A stretch of 64,000 nt of DNA, taken from the IMG/VR virus record IMGVR_UViG_3300045988_084596, positions 57,930 through 121,929 of that record; one strand, given 5' to 3'. The notes under the pieces are model-generated. The model was not told the origin of the DNA and searched no databases. It saw nothing but the letters and a program-made list of their open reading frames with translations. Positions 17,876 through 27,225 of the stretch are shown piece after piece. The position numbers were made by a program, and so were the translations under genes. This stretch comes from a virus. Numbering within the stretch: position 1 is the first letter of the stretch; the number at the start of each line of letters is the position of its first letter.

Positions 17876-18664
17876 TGATGTATTCTATCCACGTAAAATA
17901 TGGATACTACTATGCAATAATAGTAGAGAGTGCCTAAGAGGAAACTCTTAGAGTAGAGGCTGGCTAAAACGGCGAAGGCGAATACAGAACGCCGTGCTAA
18001 GTTTCTTTGGGCAGACTCATTTAAGTGGAATACACTATTTTTCATATATAATGAAAGGTGGTAGACTTAAATGAGAAAATATGATAAAGAGTGGCTTCAA
18101 GAATTATGTTCTTCAAGTTATTCTTATGCGGAAGTTTTAATTAAAGCTGGTCGTAAGATTGGCGGAGGCGCGCAACAAACCTTAAAAAAGAAGATTGTTG
18201 AGTATGGAATTGATGTTTCACACTTCACAGGGTAGAGATGGTATGATGCTCCAGGGAAAGAGTGTAATTTAAAGGGGCAAGATAGAGAAAAATATTCTCT
18301 GAACGAAGTTTTTGTGAAAGATAGTCCAGTTACTCAAAAGGTTCTTAGAGGTTATGTTGAAAGGCACAATGTTTTAGAATATAAGTGTCAACAATGCGGA
18401 TGTGACGGTCATTGGCAAGATGGAATAATTGCCTTAGAAATTGACCATATAGATGGAGATAACACCAATAATGAAAAAACTAATCTTCGCTATTTATGTC
18501 CAAATTGTCATGCTTTAACAGAAACTTACCGAGGAAGAAACAAAGCCCTAAAGAATAAATGTGTAGAGAGTATACACCAGCTACCTAAGTCTGAATAAGA
18601 TATGGTAAAGACGTACTCCAGACTACAACACAGAAATGTGGCTATGGTGACATAGAGTAGTAAG
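17876..18664 (+). mobile_element. group I intron in tRNA-Leu(TAA) carrying an HNH homing-endonuclease ORF
   Basis: Bounded by the tRNA-Leu exons. Contains ORF 18071-18598. Terminal G present. The intron RNA core was not modelled. Confidence 0.6.
18071..18598 (+). CDS. HNH homing endonuclease (intron-encoded), one in-frame TAG
   Basis: ATG 18071 after GAAAGGTGG. CQQCGC...HIDGD...NLRYLCPNCH HNH motif. The frame is continuous from 18071 through a TAG at ~18233 into track ORF 18314-18598. Confidence 0.7.
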
Positions 18665-18734
18665 AAAATCCCCTGGGAGCAATCTCGTACGGGTTCGAGT
18701 CCCGTCTCCGGGACCAAACAATTCTTTTATATAT

Positions 18735-19266
18735 GGGTCAGTAAAGTGCTAAAGTAGACACCCCGGTCTGTGTTAAATTCCTACTTAGGAGGATATTAAT
18801 GGTCATTACAAACAATCAGTAGAAAGGAAATGCTGGTCTATCTTTAGCAATAGGATACTTTGGTTCTAATGGATACACTGTATCAGTCCCACTGAATGAT
18901 ACTCAATGGTATGATTTAGTTATTGAAAAAGATGGAGTTTTCCAAACAGTTTAGTGCAAATTTACATCATCGAAAACTGGAGAAATTAATCTAAAATCCG
19001 CAGGTGGAACTAAAGGAAATGTTTATGATTCGATACTTAACCATCCTTTAGACTTGTTGTTTTGCGCTAATCAAGATATGAATATGTTTGTAATTCCAAT
19101 GAACGATTTGATTCAAGCTGGAAATGTAAAATCAATAACTTTGAGAACAACCAGTGCCCCAAATTGTAAATTGGATACCAGTAAATACTTAGTTCGAATC
19201 TAAGATTTAACTCCAAAAACCGGTGCTTTCGAGCTCGAGTGGGTGCGATTCCCTCCTGGCCCACCA
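18735..19266 (+). tRNA. candidate split tRNA (5' part ~18735-18775, 3' part ~19204-19266) interrupted by a ~430-nt insertion encoding a PD-(D/E)xK nuclease
   Basis: 3' end GTGGG-TGCGATT-CCCTC T arm, acceptor 3' strand CTGGCCC, A, CCA. Upstream GGGTCAG pairs with it (one G-U). Candidate anticodon stem CCGGT (18763) / ACCGG (19219). Type II-like variable region. Exact intron borders were not resolved. Confidence 0.35.
18799..19203 (+). CDS. PD-(D/E)xK-family nuclease (Hjc/Holliday-junction-resolvase-like), 2 in-frame TAG
   Basis: ATG 18799 after TAGGAGGATATTA. GNAGLSLAIGYF...YDLVIEKDG...Q-CKF matches the D...E-x-K nuclease core. Two in-frame TAG. Confidence 0.55.
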
Positions 19267-19295
19267 CATCTAACAATAGGAAAGGAAGTAAATAG

Positions 19296-20417
19296 ATGAA
19301 TATTGTCCATACAGGAAATCGTTTTTAGGTATATGGTGACGATGTAAAAACTTATAAAGAGTTACCAATCGGAACCTATACAATCGGTTTCCATCCCCAA
19401 ATGGGAATTTGGCTTTCTGTTCATAATAATTTGCAGATTGGCGAAGAAAAAGTTTATGGCTCGCATAGTCATAAGGTAGAGAAAGTTTTCAACTCTTTCG
19501 ATAAGTCCGAGCGAAACTTTGGTATAATTCTTTCTGGTAAGAAAGGTATTGGCAAATCTCTTTTTGCAAGAATGATTGCGGATGCCGCGATCAAGCGAGA
19601 AATGCCAGTGATTGTAGTCGATTCTCCTATTCCTGGAATTAGTAATTTCCTCAGTTCCATTGAACAAGAAGTTGTTATTATCTTTGACGAGTTTGAAAAG
19701 ACTTTTGCCAGGAATGATGACGGCGATCCGCAGGTAGGACTTTTAAGTCTATTTGATGGGATTGATAATGGAAAGAAACTTTTTGTTATCACTTGTAACG
19801 ATACAAGAAAATTGAACGAATTTCTTATCAATCGCCCTGGTCGTTTTCACTATCATTTTGAGATTGGCTGTCCTACAGCGGATGAAGTGCGGGCATATAT
19901 GATGGATGCGCTTGGAAGCGGTATGGAAGAGGAAATTGAAAAGGTTGTTAAGTTGTCGCAGGTCGCGGACATTACTTATGATAGTCTAAGGGCTATTGCT
20001 TTTGATTTGAAACAGGGTTATCCTTTGGAGGAAACCTTAATGGACTTGAATATTAACTATGAGAGAGGCGCTCTCTTTGATGTTAATGTTCGTTTGACTA
20101 ATGGTTGGGTTATGACTGCATATAATTATAATCTCGATCTTTATGCCAAAGAAGTTCAGTGTCTTCGATTTAGAAAAGATAAGAATGATTTCTACCTTTC
20201 TTTTGATCCAGGAAAGATTAAATCTATGGATGGTACTCTAGTACTTATGGGTGTAGATGCTAATTTCTATTGTGATTTTGATGCTTTCGATTATGATTAC
20301 CCCACTGAGGAAGAGAGTGCAAAGGCTAGAAAGGAATTTAACGAAAAAGTAAGGGTTGAAAATGCAACCTTTACTAAGGTTTCAATTTATGGAGTCAATA
20401 AGTATATTGACCTTTAA
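19296..20417 (+). CDS. AAA+ ATPase (373 aa), one in-frame TAG near the N-terminus
   Basis: ATG 19296 after the consensus leader TAGGAAAGGAAGTAAATAG. Walker A GKKGIGKS, Walker B VIIFDEFE. The frame is continuous with track ORF 19401-20417 through a TAG at 19326. Confidence 0.65.
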
Positions 20418-20456
20418 TATAAAGACCTAAGCAAGTCTTAAAACTGCTTTATATAT

Positions 20457-20532
20457 TGCGGGTAGGACAAGTGGTTAAGTCGCAGCCCTCATAAGGCTTG
20501 AGGAATGAGTTCGATTCTCATACCCGCAACCA
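20457..20532 (+). tRNA. tRNA-Met/Ile2-type (anticodon CAT), second copy
   Basis: Acceptor TGCGGGT/ACCCGCA, loop CTCATAA, T arm ATGAG-TTCGATT-CTCAT, CCA. One C·U mismatch in the anticodon stem. Confidence 0.55.
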
Positions 20533-20616
20533 TCCATCGTTGCAGCGGTGTTTATATATATTTCATTTATAAATGCAATATGTATGATTGAGGTTCTGCA
20601 AAACCTTGATTACCCT

Positions 20617-20652
20617 AGAGGGGCTAGCCATAAGCTAGCCCCTCTTTTCTGC
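20617..20652 (+). terminator. intrinsic terminator
   Basis: AGGGGCTAGC-CATAA-GCTAGCCCCT followed by CTTTTCT. Confidence 0.6.
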
Positions 20653-20654
20653 TG

Positions 20655-20760
20655 TCCTCGTTCTGCTCCGAGTTTCCGTTCGCGCAGGCTCACCAAATTT
20701 TTCTTTCAAAAATGGGGTTTGGACAATTTATGTGAAATCTCTTGTCAATATTGTTATATA
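20655..20760 (+). promoter_or_regulatory. conserved ~45-nt element followed by sigma70-like promoter with -35 TTGTCA (copy 1)
   Basis: GCTCCGAGTTTCCGTTCGCGCAGGCTCACCAAATTTTTCTTTC. Near-identical to 47492-47540. Followed by TTGTCA -35 and a 17-nt spacer to TATAGTAT. Confidence 0.4.
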
Positions 20761-20812
20761 GTATAAAGAGAGATAATTTTCTTCTCTACTTCTTTAAGAA
20801 AGGAGAATAAGT

Positions 20813-21070
20813 ATGATTACTATTGGTAAAAATATAGATAATAAAGTTTTTTATGGTACAGTTCATTTTTTATGTGATTACCAAAGTGATGTTGCTAATC
20901 TCCCTAAAAACCGCAAGCCGGGCAGTTCAGCCTACGTAATTGAAAATGGAAATAGATATATTTTCAATTCTGATCATGAATGGGTGTTGTAGCACTCTGG
21001 TGGAGGCGGAGATTAGCCTCTTCCTCCAGAAGATACAACTATTATTTATGATGGCGGACTAATTGGCTAA
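20813..21070 (+). CDS. hypothetical small protein (85 aa), 2 in-frame TAG
   Basis: ATG 20813 after AAGAAAGGAGAATAAGT. Continuous to TAA 21068 if TAG is sense. Confidence 0.45.
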
Positions 21071-21084
21071 AGGAGGGAGTGACT

Positions 21085-21645
21085 TTGGCTGAAGTTGTTT
21101 ATAAAACAATATTTTAGTTCAAGCGAGGAACATCAGAGAAGTGGACCGAATTAAATCCAATTCTTCGTCAAGGTGAGCCGGGATTTGAAATAGATACTGG
21201 AAAGTTAAAAATTGGAGATGGAGCCACCGAGTGGAAATAGTTAAAATATATAAATAGTAGTTTGGTAAATGTTGATGTAGACAATCAATCTATTGTTATT
21301 GATGGAATTGGACAGATTTCATTAAAAGGATTTGCAGAAGCATCAACAGGGCAATCTATTAGAAAAAGAGAAGATGGCACATTAGAGTGGTATACTCCAA
21401 TATCTTAGGATAAAGTAATAGAAACTATCTCTATCGGAAACAAAGATTTGCCGGTTGAAGATAATAAAGTTACTATTCCGGCGGGAACAGAAGAAAATCT
21501 TGGTTTAATTAAGGGGAGTAGTTAGAATAACTAGATAAAAATACTTTCAGATGGAACCGGAGAAATTAATTCTGTAGGACTTGATAAAATAGTGGATGTT
21601 GAAGGTTTTACTTTAATATTAAACTGTGGGACAGCAGTAGACTAA
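21085..21645 (+). CDS. tail-fibre-like protein with hyaluronidase/tail-fibre N-terminal motif (186 aa), 5 in-frame TAG
   Basis: TTG start after AAAGGAGGGAG. Motif KRGTSEKWTELNPILRQGEPGFEIDTGKLKIGDGATEWK typical of phage tail-fibre N-termini. Readable only with TAG as sense. Confidence 0.55.
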
Positions 21646-21665
21646 AATAAGGAGGCATTTTAAAG

Positions 21666-22727
21666 ATGGCCAATGAATTAAAAACTAGAATCCAACTTAG
21701 ACATGATACCGAGGAAAATTGGACTTCAGTTAAGGACTCCTTTATTCCTCTCGTTGGAGAGGCTTGTCTTACCACTGATGGCGAGAATAAAGGAAAAGTA
21801 AAATATGGTGATGGAACAAGCACCTGGGGTTAGTTAGAATATTCTGGTGGAAAAGATATTGTAGAAGTTGATTCATCTATTGTAAAATTTGATGATGATT
21901 TTACATTTACCTATACTTTTGGTAAATATGCTCCTGGAGGAGATGGATCTGTTAATATTCCCGCGACTGGAAAAACATTAGATCAATTACTGCTAGATGC
22001 TTTTGCGGAAGAAAAAAATCCTACTATCACACAACCTTCTGTTAGTATTTCCTCTAGTCAAATGAAAGCATATGAAGTGGGCACTAATGTAACTCCAACT
22101 TATACTGCAACTTTAAATAAAGGATCTTATCAATATGGCCCCGATACTGGAATTACAGCAACCGGTTGGAGCGTTCAATTTGATGAAGAAACAAAAACAG
22201 AAGCTACTGGAACTTTCTCTGAAATTCAAGTTGAAGATGCTACTAATTTAAAGATTACAGCAACAGCTAATTATGAGAATGGAGCTATTCCTGTTACAAA
22301 TCTTGGTTCTGAATATGTAGAAGGATAGATTAAAGCTGGATCTAAGTCTAATAGCACAGGAGCTATTACTGGATATCGCTAGATTTTTTATGGAGTTAAT
22401 AATTCTACAAATCCTTTAACTAGCGCGATTATTCGTTCTTTAACAGCAAGCAATAAAGCGGCAGCCGCAATGACTATTAATAGCATTAAAGCAAAAAGTG
22501 ATACTAAGAGAATTATTATCGCAGTTCCTCAATCTTCTGGGCTTAAAGTTACCGCAGCTAATATTACTTCTAGTTTGAACGCAGATGTAACTTCTAGCTA
22601 TGTAAAGCAAGGACCAGTGCAAGTAGAAGGAGCAAATGGATTTACCGCGGTTCCTTATGATGTATTCGTTTATCAACCTGCTTCCATTGATCCAACTGAG
22701 GATCATAAGGTTGTAATTGGAAAGTAA
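21666..22727 (+). CDS. tail fibre protein (353 aa), 3 in-frame TAG
   Basis: ATG 21666 after AAGGAGG. N-terminal RIQLRHDTEENW...KYGDGTSTWG motif. One frame links track ORFs 22062-22328 and 22470-22727. Confidence 0.6.
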
Positions 22728-22744
22728 GGAAGGAGGAACAAATA

Positions 22745-23917
22745 ATGGCAGTAATTAACAAAGATATTGCATATATGGCGTTACCTCTGAGTATTCGTAG
22801 AGGAAATCCTTTCCCTATTGATGAATATTCAGTATGGTATGATATGGAAGAATTAACAACATATGCTCAATCTAGTCCTGTAGCATATGTTGGTTAGGTA
22901 GTTACCTTAGTTAATGAAGAAGAAAATACAGTTGAAGCGTATATGATTCAAAATGCTGCTGGCAATTTAATGAAATTGGCTTCAACTACTGCTTCTGGTG
23001 ATTTAACGAAAGATGTTTTAGAGCTTCAAGGAAAAGTTTCCGCATTAGAAACCTCTGTTGGTACCAAAGAAGAAGAAAGTTCAATAACAGCTTCTAATCT
23101 TTGGGCAGCCATTGAGGAAGTTAAAGCAGCTTATGAAGCAGCTGATAGTTCTATTAATGGAAAATTTAATGATTATTATAATAAAACAGAAGCAGATTCT
23201 AAGATTGACCAAAAAATTGCTACTGCAATAAGTTCAACTTATAAACCTGCTGGTTCCATTATGTTTAGTTTCCTTCCTACACTTGGAGCTGATCAAGAGG
23301 GAAAAGTATATAATATTATAGATGCTTTCACCACTACTGAAGACTTCGTTGAAGGAGCCGATAATAAATATCCAGCTGGAACTAATGTAGTATGTATTGA
23401 CACTGATGATGCTGGAACTTACAAATGGGATGTTCTTGCGGGATTTGTAGATTTAAGTGGATACGAAACTACAAGTAGTGTAGATACTAAGTTAGCTAAT
23501 AAAGTCGACAAAGTAGAAGGATCATCTTTAGTTCAAGACACTCTAATTGCTAAATTATAGGGTTTAGCAGAAATCAAAGGAGTTAGTGATGAATTAGAAA
23601 TCGATCCTGATGATAAAATTCTTGGTGTAAAAGCGATTGCGTAGGAGAAAATTACTGGTCTTCCCGCAGCTTTAGCAGAGAAGATTAAAAGTATAACCGT
23701 AGGAACTACTCCTCTTTAGGTTAGCAATGGCGCAGTTACTATTCCTATTGCTACAGCAGAAGCTCTCGGTGTAGTAAAAAGCACTAATGATGAAAATGGT
23801 GTTGCTATTACAGGCGATGGAACTATGATTGTCAATAATATAAATATAGAAAAAATTACTTAGACTCCTGGTACAGAGCTTATCTTAAATGGCGGAGATG
23901 CTACTGTTAGTGAATAA
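22745..23917 (+). CDS. tail fibre protein (390 aa), 5 in-frame TAG
   Basis: ATG 22745 after GGAAGGAGGAACAAATA. One frame through track ORF 22943-23560 to TAA 23915. Shares a ~90-aa module (SSTYKPAGS...KWDVLAGFVDLS) with the next gene. Confidence 0.55.
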
Positions 23918-23942
23918 AAATCAACTTGGAGGAAGATAAATA

Positions 23943-25280
23943 ATGGCTACAACTTTTAATACAAGAATCCAATTAAAATATGACACTTATGAAAATTGGA
24001 ATACCAATAACCCCACTCTCCTAAAAGGAGAAATGGCGGTTGTTGAAGTTCCTGTTGAAACTGGAGTTGCTCAAAATGAGCCTACCTATTTGTTAAAAAT
24101 CGGTGATGGTGAATCGGATTTTAAAACTTTAAAATGGGTAAGCGGGACGGCCGCAGATGTTTATACTTGGGCTAAAGCGGCAAGTAAACCAACTTATGCA
24201 GCGACTGAAATTACCGGACTTGAAGATTTTATCGGAGAAAAAATTCAAGATACCGATACACAATATTAGATTGTTAAAAATGGAGATATGGGCTTTAAGC
24301 TTCAATCTAGACCAAAAACTGGCGGATCTTGGACAGATGTAAGCACTATTGCTCTGACCGCTCCCACTTATAATTTAGTCGAAGGGACTACTAATGGTAC
24401 TGTAAAATTTGGAATTACTGGTTCTGAAAAAGAAGTAAAAGTTCATGGACTTGGATCAGCAGCTTATACTGAATCTAGCGCTTATGATGCAGCTGGTAGC
24501 GCAGATACAGCAAAAAGCGAAGCTATCGATGAAGCTGCTAGTGCCACCGATGAAAAAATTGCAGCTCTAAAAATCAATGAATATGCAAAAACCACAGAAG
24601 TAGATTCTAAAATTGGAGCTGCAAAAACAGAGCTAATTGGTGAAGGAAGTGGCTCTTCTACTACTATTAAAGGTGCTTATGATGAAGCTAAAACCTATAC
24701 TGATTAGCAAATTGCCGCTAGAATTTCCTCTACTTATAAAGCAGGAGGATCTGTTGCATTTGCTTCTCTGCCAGAACTAACTGCAACAGAAGAAGGAAAA
24801 GTTTATAACATTCTTGATAAATTCACTACTACAGACGATTTCGTAGAAGGTTCCGGAAAGAGCTATCCTGCTGGCACTAATATTGTTTGTATAGATGTAG
24901 GAGAAGAAGAATTTAAGTGGGATGTTTTAGCTGGAATGGTAGATCTTTCAGCATATGATACAGCAGAGACAACTCAGGGAAAAATTGATTCCGCTAAGCA
25001 AGAGGCCAAAAACTACGCAGATTCTAAAGTTAACGCTTTAGATAAAGAAGATTCAGCCGTAGAAAATCAATTTGTAACTGCGGTATCTGAAGTCGATGGT
25101 ATCATTAGCGTAACTCGTACTCAGCCTACCATGGAGAATATCAACGGGTTGCCTGCGGCTCTTGCTAAAAAAGCTAATGATGGAGATTTAGCACTCGTTG
25201 CTAAAAGTGGAAAGATTGATGATTTAACTTAGACTGCTACAATTATTTTTAATTGTGGAAGCTCTAGCACAGTAATGTAA
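23943..25280 (+). CDS. tail fibre protein (445 aa), 3 in-frame TAG
   Basis: ATG 23943 after GGAGGAAGATAAATA. N-terminal RIQLKYDTYENW...KIGDGESDFKTLKW motif. One frame links track ORFs 23943, 24288 and 24936. Confidence 0.6.
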
Positions 25281-25348
25281 AATTTTAGATAAAGCCCATA
25301 TTTATTAAATAAATATGGGCTTTATCTTTTTATAAGGAGGTCACAATA

Positions 25349-25546
25349 ATGACTTTTGATACTAGAATCTCTCATAAGATAGATACAGAAGAAAATTGGA
25401 AAACAAATAATCCAATTTTATTAAAGGGAGAATTAATTATAGTAATTGATGAATCTAATACAGTTCATCTTAAAATTGGAAATGGAACGAGTCATTATTC
25501 AGAATTGCCATTTATTGAAAATGAAATTGTCTGGGGTACTTTTTAA
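25349..25546 (+). CDS. short tail-fibre N-terminal-motif protein (65 aa)
   Basis: AAGGAGG RBS. RISHKIDTEENWKTNNPILLKGE...KIGNGTSHYSELP. Confidence 0.5.
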   Translation: MTFDTRISHKIDTEENWKTNNPILLKGELIIVIDESNTVHLKIGNGTSHYSELPFIENEIVWGTF

Positions 25547-25631
25547 TTTGCAAAAAAATAAAAAATATAATATAATATATACATAAAGTTAAGGAAATAA
25601 AAACTTAAAATTATTAAAGGAGATTTAGATT

Positions 25632-25964
25632 ATGTATCCTATTGAGAAGTATCGCTATTATACTAACGGTCGGCGAGTAATCGCCGTGTCTACTTATGCT
25701 GGAAAGACTGTCCGCGGTGTAGCTACCTGTGATCCCGGTGATGAATTTTCTATGGAAAAGGGTAAGGCACTTGCGGCTGCTCGATGCGCGTTGAAGATTG
25801 CTGGTAAGCGCTATGATCGTGCCACTCGTAAGACAAAGGAAGCTAATGAAGCTTGTCATGTGGCTGAGCGTCATCTTGAAAAGATGTGTGAGTATCTTAC
25901 TGATTCTGAGCGGATGTTGATCCAGGCTGAGGATAATCTCGAGGATATTCTGAACGCTCTTTGA
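25632..25964 (+). CDS. hypothetical protein (110 aa)
   Basis: ATG after promoter/leader and AAAGGAG. Followed by the terminator GGGGCTTTATGCCCC-TTTATG (25968-25992). Confidence 0.55.
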   Translation: MYPIEKYRYYTNGRRVIAVSTYAGKTVRGVATCDPGDEFSMEKGKALAAARCALKIAGKRYDRATRKTKEANEACHVAERHLEKMCEYLTDSERMLIQAEDNLEDILNAL

Positions 25965-25967
25965 TAC

Positions 25968-25992
25968 CTGGGGCTTTATGCCCCTTTATGCC
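25968..25992 (+). terminator. intrinsic terminator
   Basis: GGGGC-TTTA-TGCCCC then TTTATG. Confidence 0.5.
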
Positions 25993-26077
25993 GGCGTGGT
26001 AGAGTGGTTTAATACAGCGGTCTTGAAAACCGCCGATCCGCAAGGGTCCGTAGGTTCGAATCCTACCGCCGGCGCCA
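25990..26077 (+). tRNA. tRNA-Ser (anticodon TGA), type II
   Basis: Perfect acceptor GCCGGCG/CGCCGGC, anticodon stem GCGGT/ACCGC with loop CTTGAAA, long variable arm, T arm GTAGG-TTCGAAT-CCTAC, CCA. Confidence 0.7.
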
Positions 26078-26100
26078 TCTATAATTAAAGGAGAAATATA

Positions 26101-26268
26101 ATGCGCTGGTTAGTGAATTATATTCGACAAATATTTTGTAAACACGATTTTGTTTTTGATGAAGGTTGGGCAGAAAAAACAAGTGATTCAGGATCTTTTC
26201 GCAAAGGGATAAAAGTTTCTTGCTATTGTAAGAAATGTTCTTATCATAAATCTTGGTGGAAGTATTGA
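26101..26268 (+). CDS. small Cys-rich protein (55 aa)
   Basis: AAAGGAGAAATATA then ATG. CKH...CYCKKCSYH cysteines. Confidence 0.4.
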   Translation: MRWLVNYIRQIFCKHDFVFDEGWAEKTSDSGSFRKGIKVSCYCKKCSYHKSWWKY

Positions 26269-26314
26269 CAATAAAAAATTTTTTTGATATAATATTTATA
26301 GAAAGTTGAAAGAT

Positions 26315-26641
26315 ATGAAAAACTGTTTGGATTGTAATAAATGTTGGGTTGTAAAAGACCCCGATCCAAAAGACGATACTTGTTTAGCTGCTTTCTGTAG
26401 CAAGTCTAAAACAAGAGGCATGAAATGCAATGAAATTTCATACCTAATGCCTTTAGGATATAATTCTGCGTTTGCAGAAAGTCCTCTTCCTGATGACCCA
26501 TGGATTACTGTTGCGGAACATTGGGGCACTCTTAGAGAAAAATGCACCGTTCCAGATTGGTGTCCGGGAATGGAAGAGAATGGAGAATACAGTTTGTTCA
26601 CAGATAAAACATCGGTTGATATTATGAAAGAGCGACAATAA
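26315..26641 (+). CDS. hypothetical Cys-rich protein (~108 aa)
   Basis: ATG 26315 after the consensus promoter/leader TGATATAATATTTATAGAAAGTTGAAAG. Confidence 0.5.
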   Translation: MKNCLDCNKCWVVKDPDPKDDTCLAAFCSKSKTRGMKCNEISYLMPLGYNSAFAESPLPDDPWITVAEHWGTLREKCTVPDWCPGMEENGEYSLFTDKTSVDIMKERQ

Positions 26642-26730
26642 CTAAAAGACGCTTTCAGCAATTTATTTTAAGAATATAAAAAAGTTTGATTTTTAATTTC
26701 TTGCCATGATTTTGCGTCTTGAGAATATAT

Positions 26731-26806
26731 TGCGGAGTAGCGTAATGGTTTAGCGCAGGGGTCTCTAAAACCTCGGGAGTGGGTTCGAATCCCACCTCCG
26801 CTGCCA
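26731..26806 (+). tRNA. amber suppressor tRNA (anticodon CTA), Gln-like
   Basis: D arm GCGT-AATGGTTTA-GCGC, anticodon stem GGGGT/ACCTC with loop CTCTAAA (CTA at 26765-26767), T arm GTGGG-TTCGAAT-CCCAC, acceptor 3' CTCCGCT, G73, CCA. U1·U72 mismatch. The 3' acceptor/discriminator resembles the two tRNA-Gln genes. Confidence 0.65.
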
Positions 26807-26826
26807 TATTATAAGGAGATATTCGT

Positions 26827-27141
26827 ATGAGTAGATCAAGAAAGAAAACTCCGTACAATACAGATATTTCCCAGAAATTCTTGAAGAAAGTCGCAAATAA
26901 GAGAGTTAGAAGGCTTCTAAAAAATCCTGATAATAGTTTACCTTATAGTTCATATAAGAAAGCCTTTCAATCATGGGATATTTGTGACTATAAAAATTAC
27001 GGGCATAGCTTTGAAGAGTTCTATAAAGAAGAGGTCGCTCTGTGGAGACATTGGAGAACTCTTCCTTATTGGAAGAATGAACCAAAACCAACAAGGGAAG
27101 AATGTTGGTTAGATTACCTCAAATGGTATTTGCGAAAGTAA
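26827..27141 (+). CDS. hypothetical basic protein (104 aa)
   Basis: AAGGAGATATTCGT then ATG. Confidence 0.5.
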   Translation: MSRSRKKTPYNTDISQKFLKKVANKRVRRLLKNPDNSLPYSSYKKAFQSWDICDYKNYGHSFEEFYKEEVALWRHWRTLPYWKNEPKPTREECWLDYLKWYLRK

Positions 27142-27225
27142 GAAATTTTTGCAATAACTTAAAAAATATTTTATAATATAAGTGTAAATCTTCCTTTCAA
27201 ATATATAATAAGGCTCATACAGCAA

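Larger units (their letters stand above)
17841..18716 (+). tRNA. tRNA-Leu (anticodon TAA) interrupted by a ~789-nt group I intron in the anticodon loop (exons ~17841-17875 and ~18665-18716)
   Basis: 5' exon: acceptor CCCGGAG, Leu-type D arm TGGTGGAATTGGCAGACAC, anticodon stem GGGGA plus CTT. 3' exon: AAAA plus TCCCC (pairs with GGGGA), 15-nt variable arm, T arm ACGGG-TTCGAGT-CCCGT, acceptor CTCCGGG (exact complement of CCCGGAG), A73, CCA. The insertion lies between U34 and A35; the intron's last nucleotide is G and the exon's last is U. Confidence 0.7.

Noticed and set aside
20548-20766. Track ORF of 72 aa (MFIYISFINAICMIEV...)
   Set aside because: It spans a Rho-independent terminator (20617-20652), the conserved 45-nt element and a promoter. 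It has no RBS. I treat it as a non-coding regulatory region.
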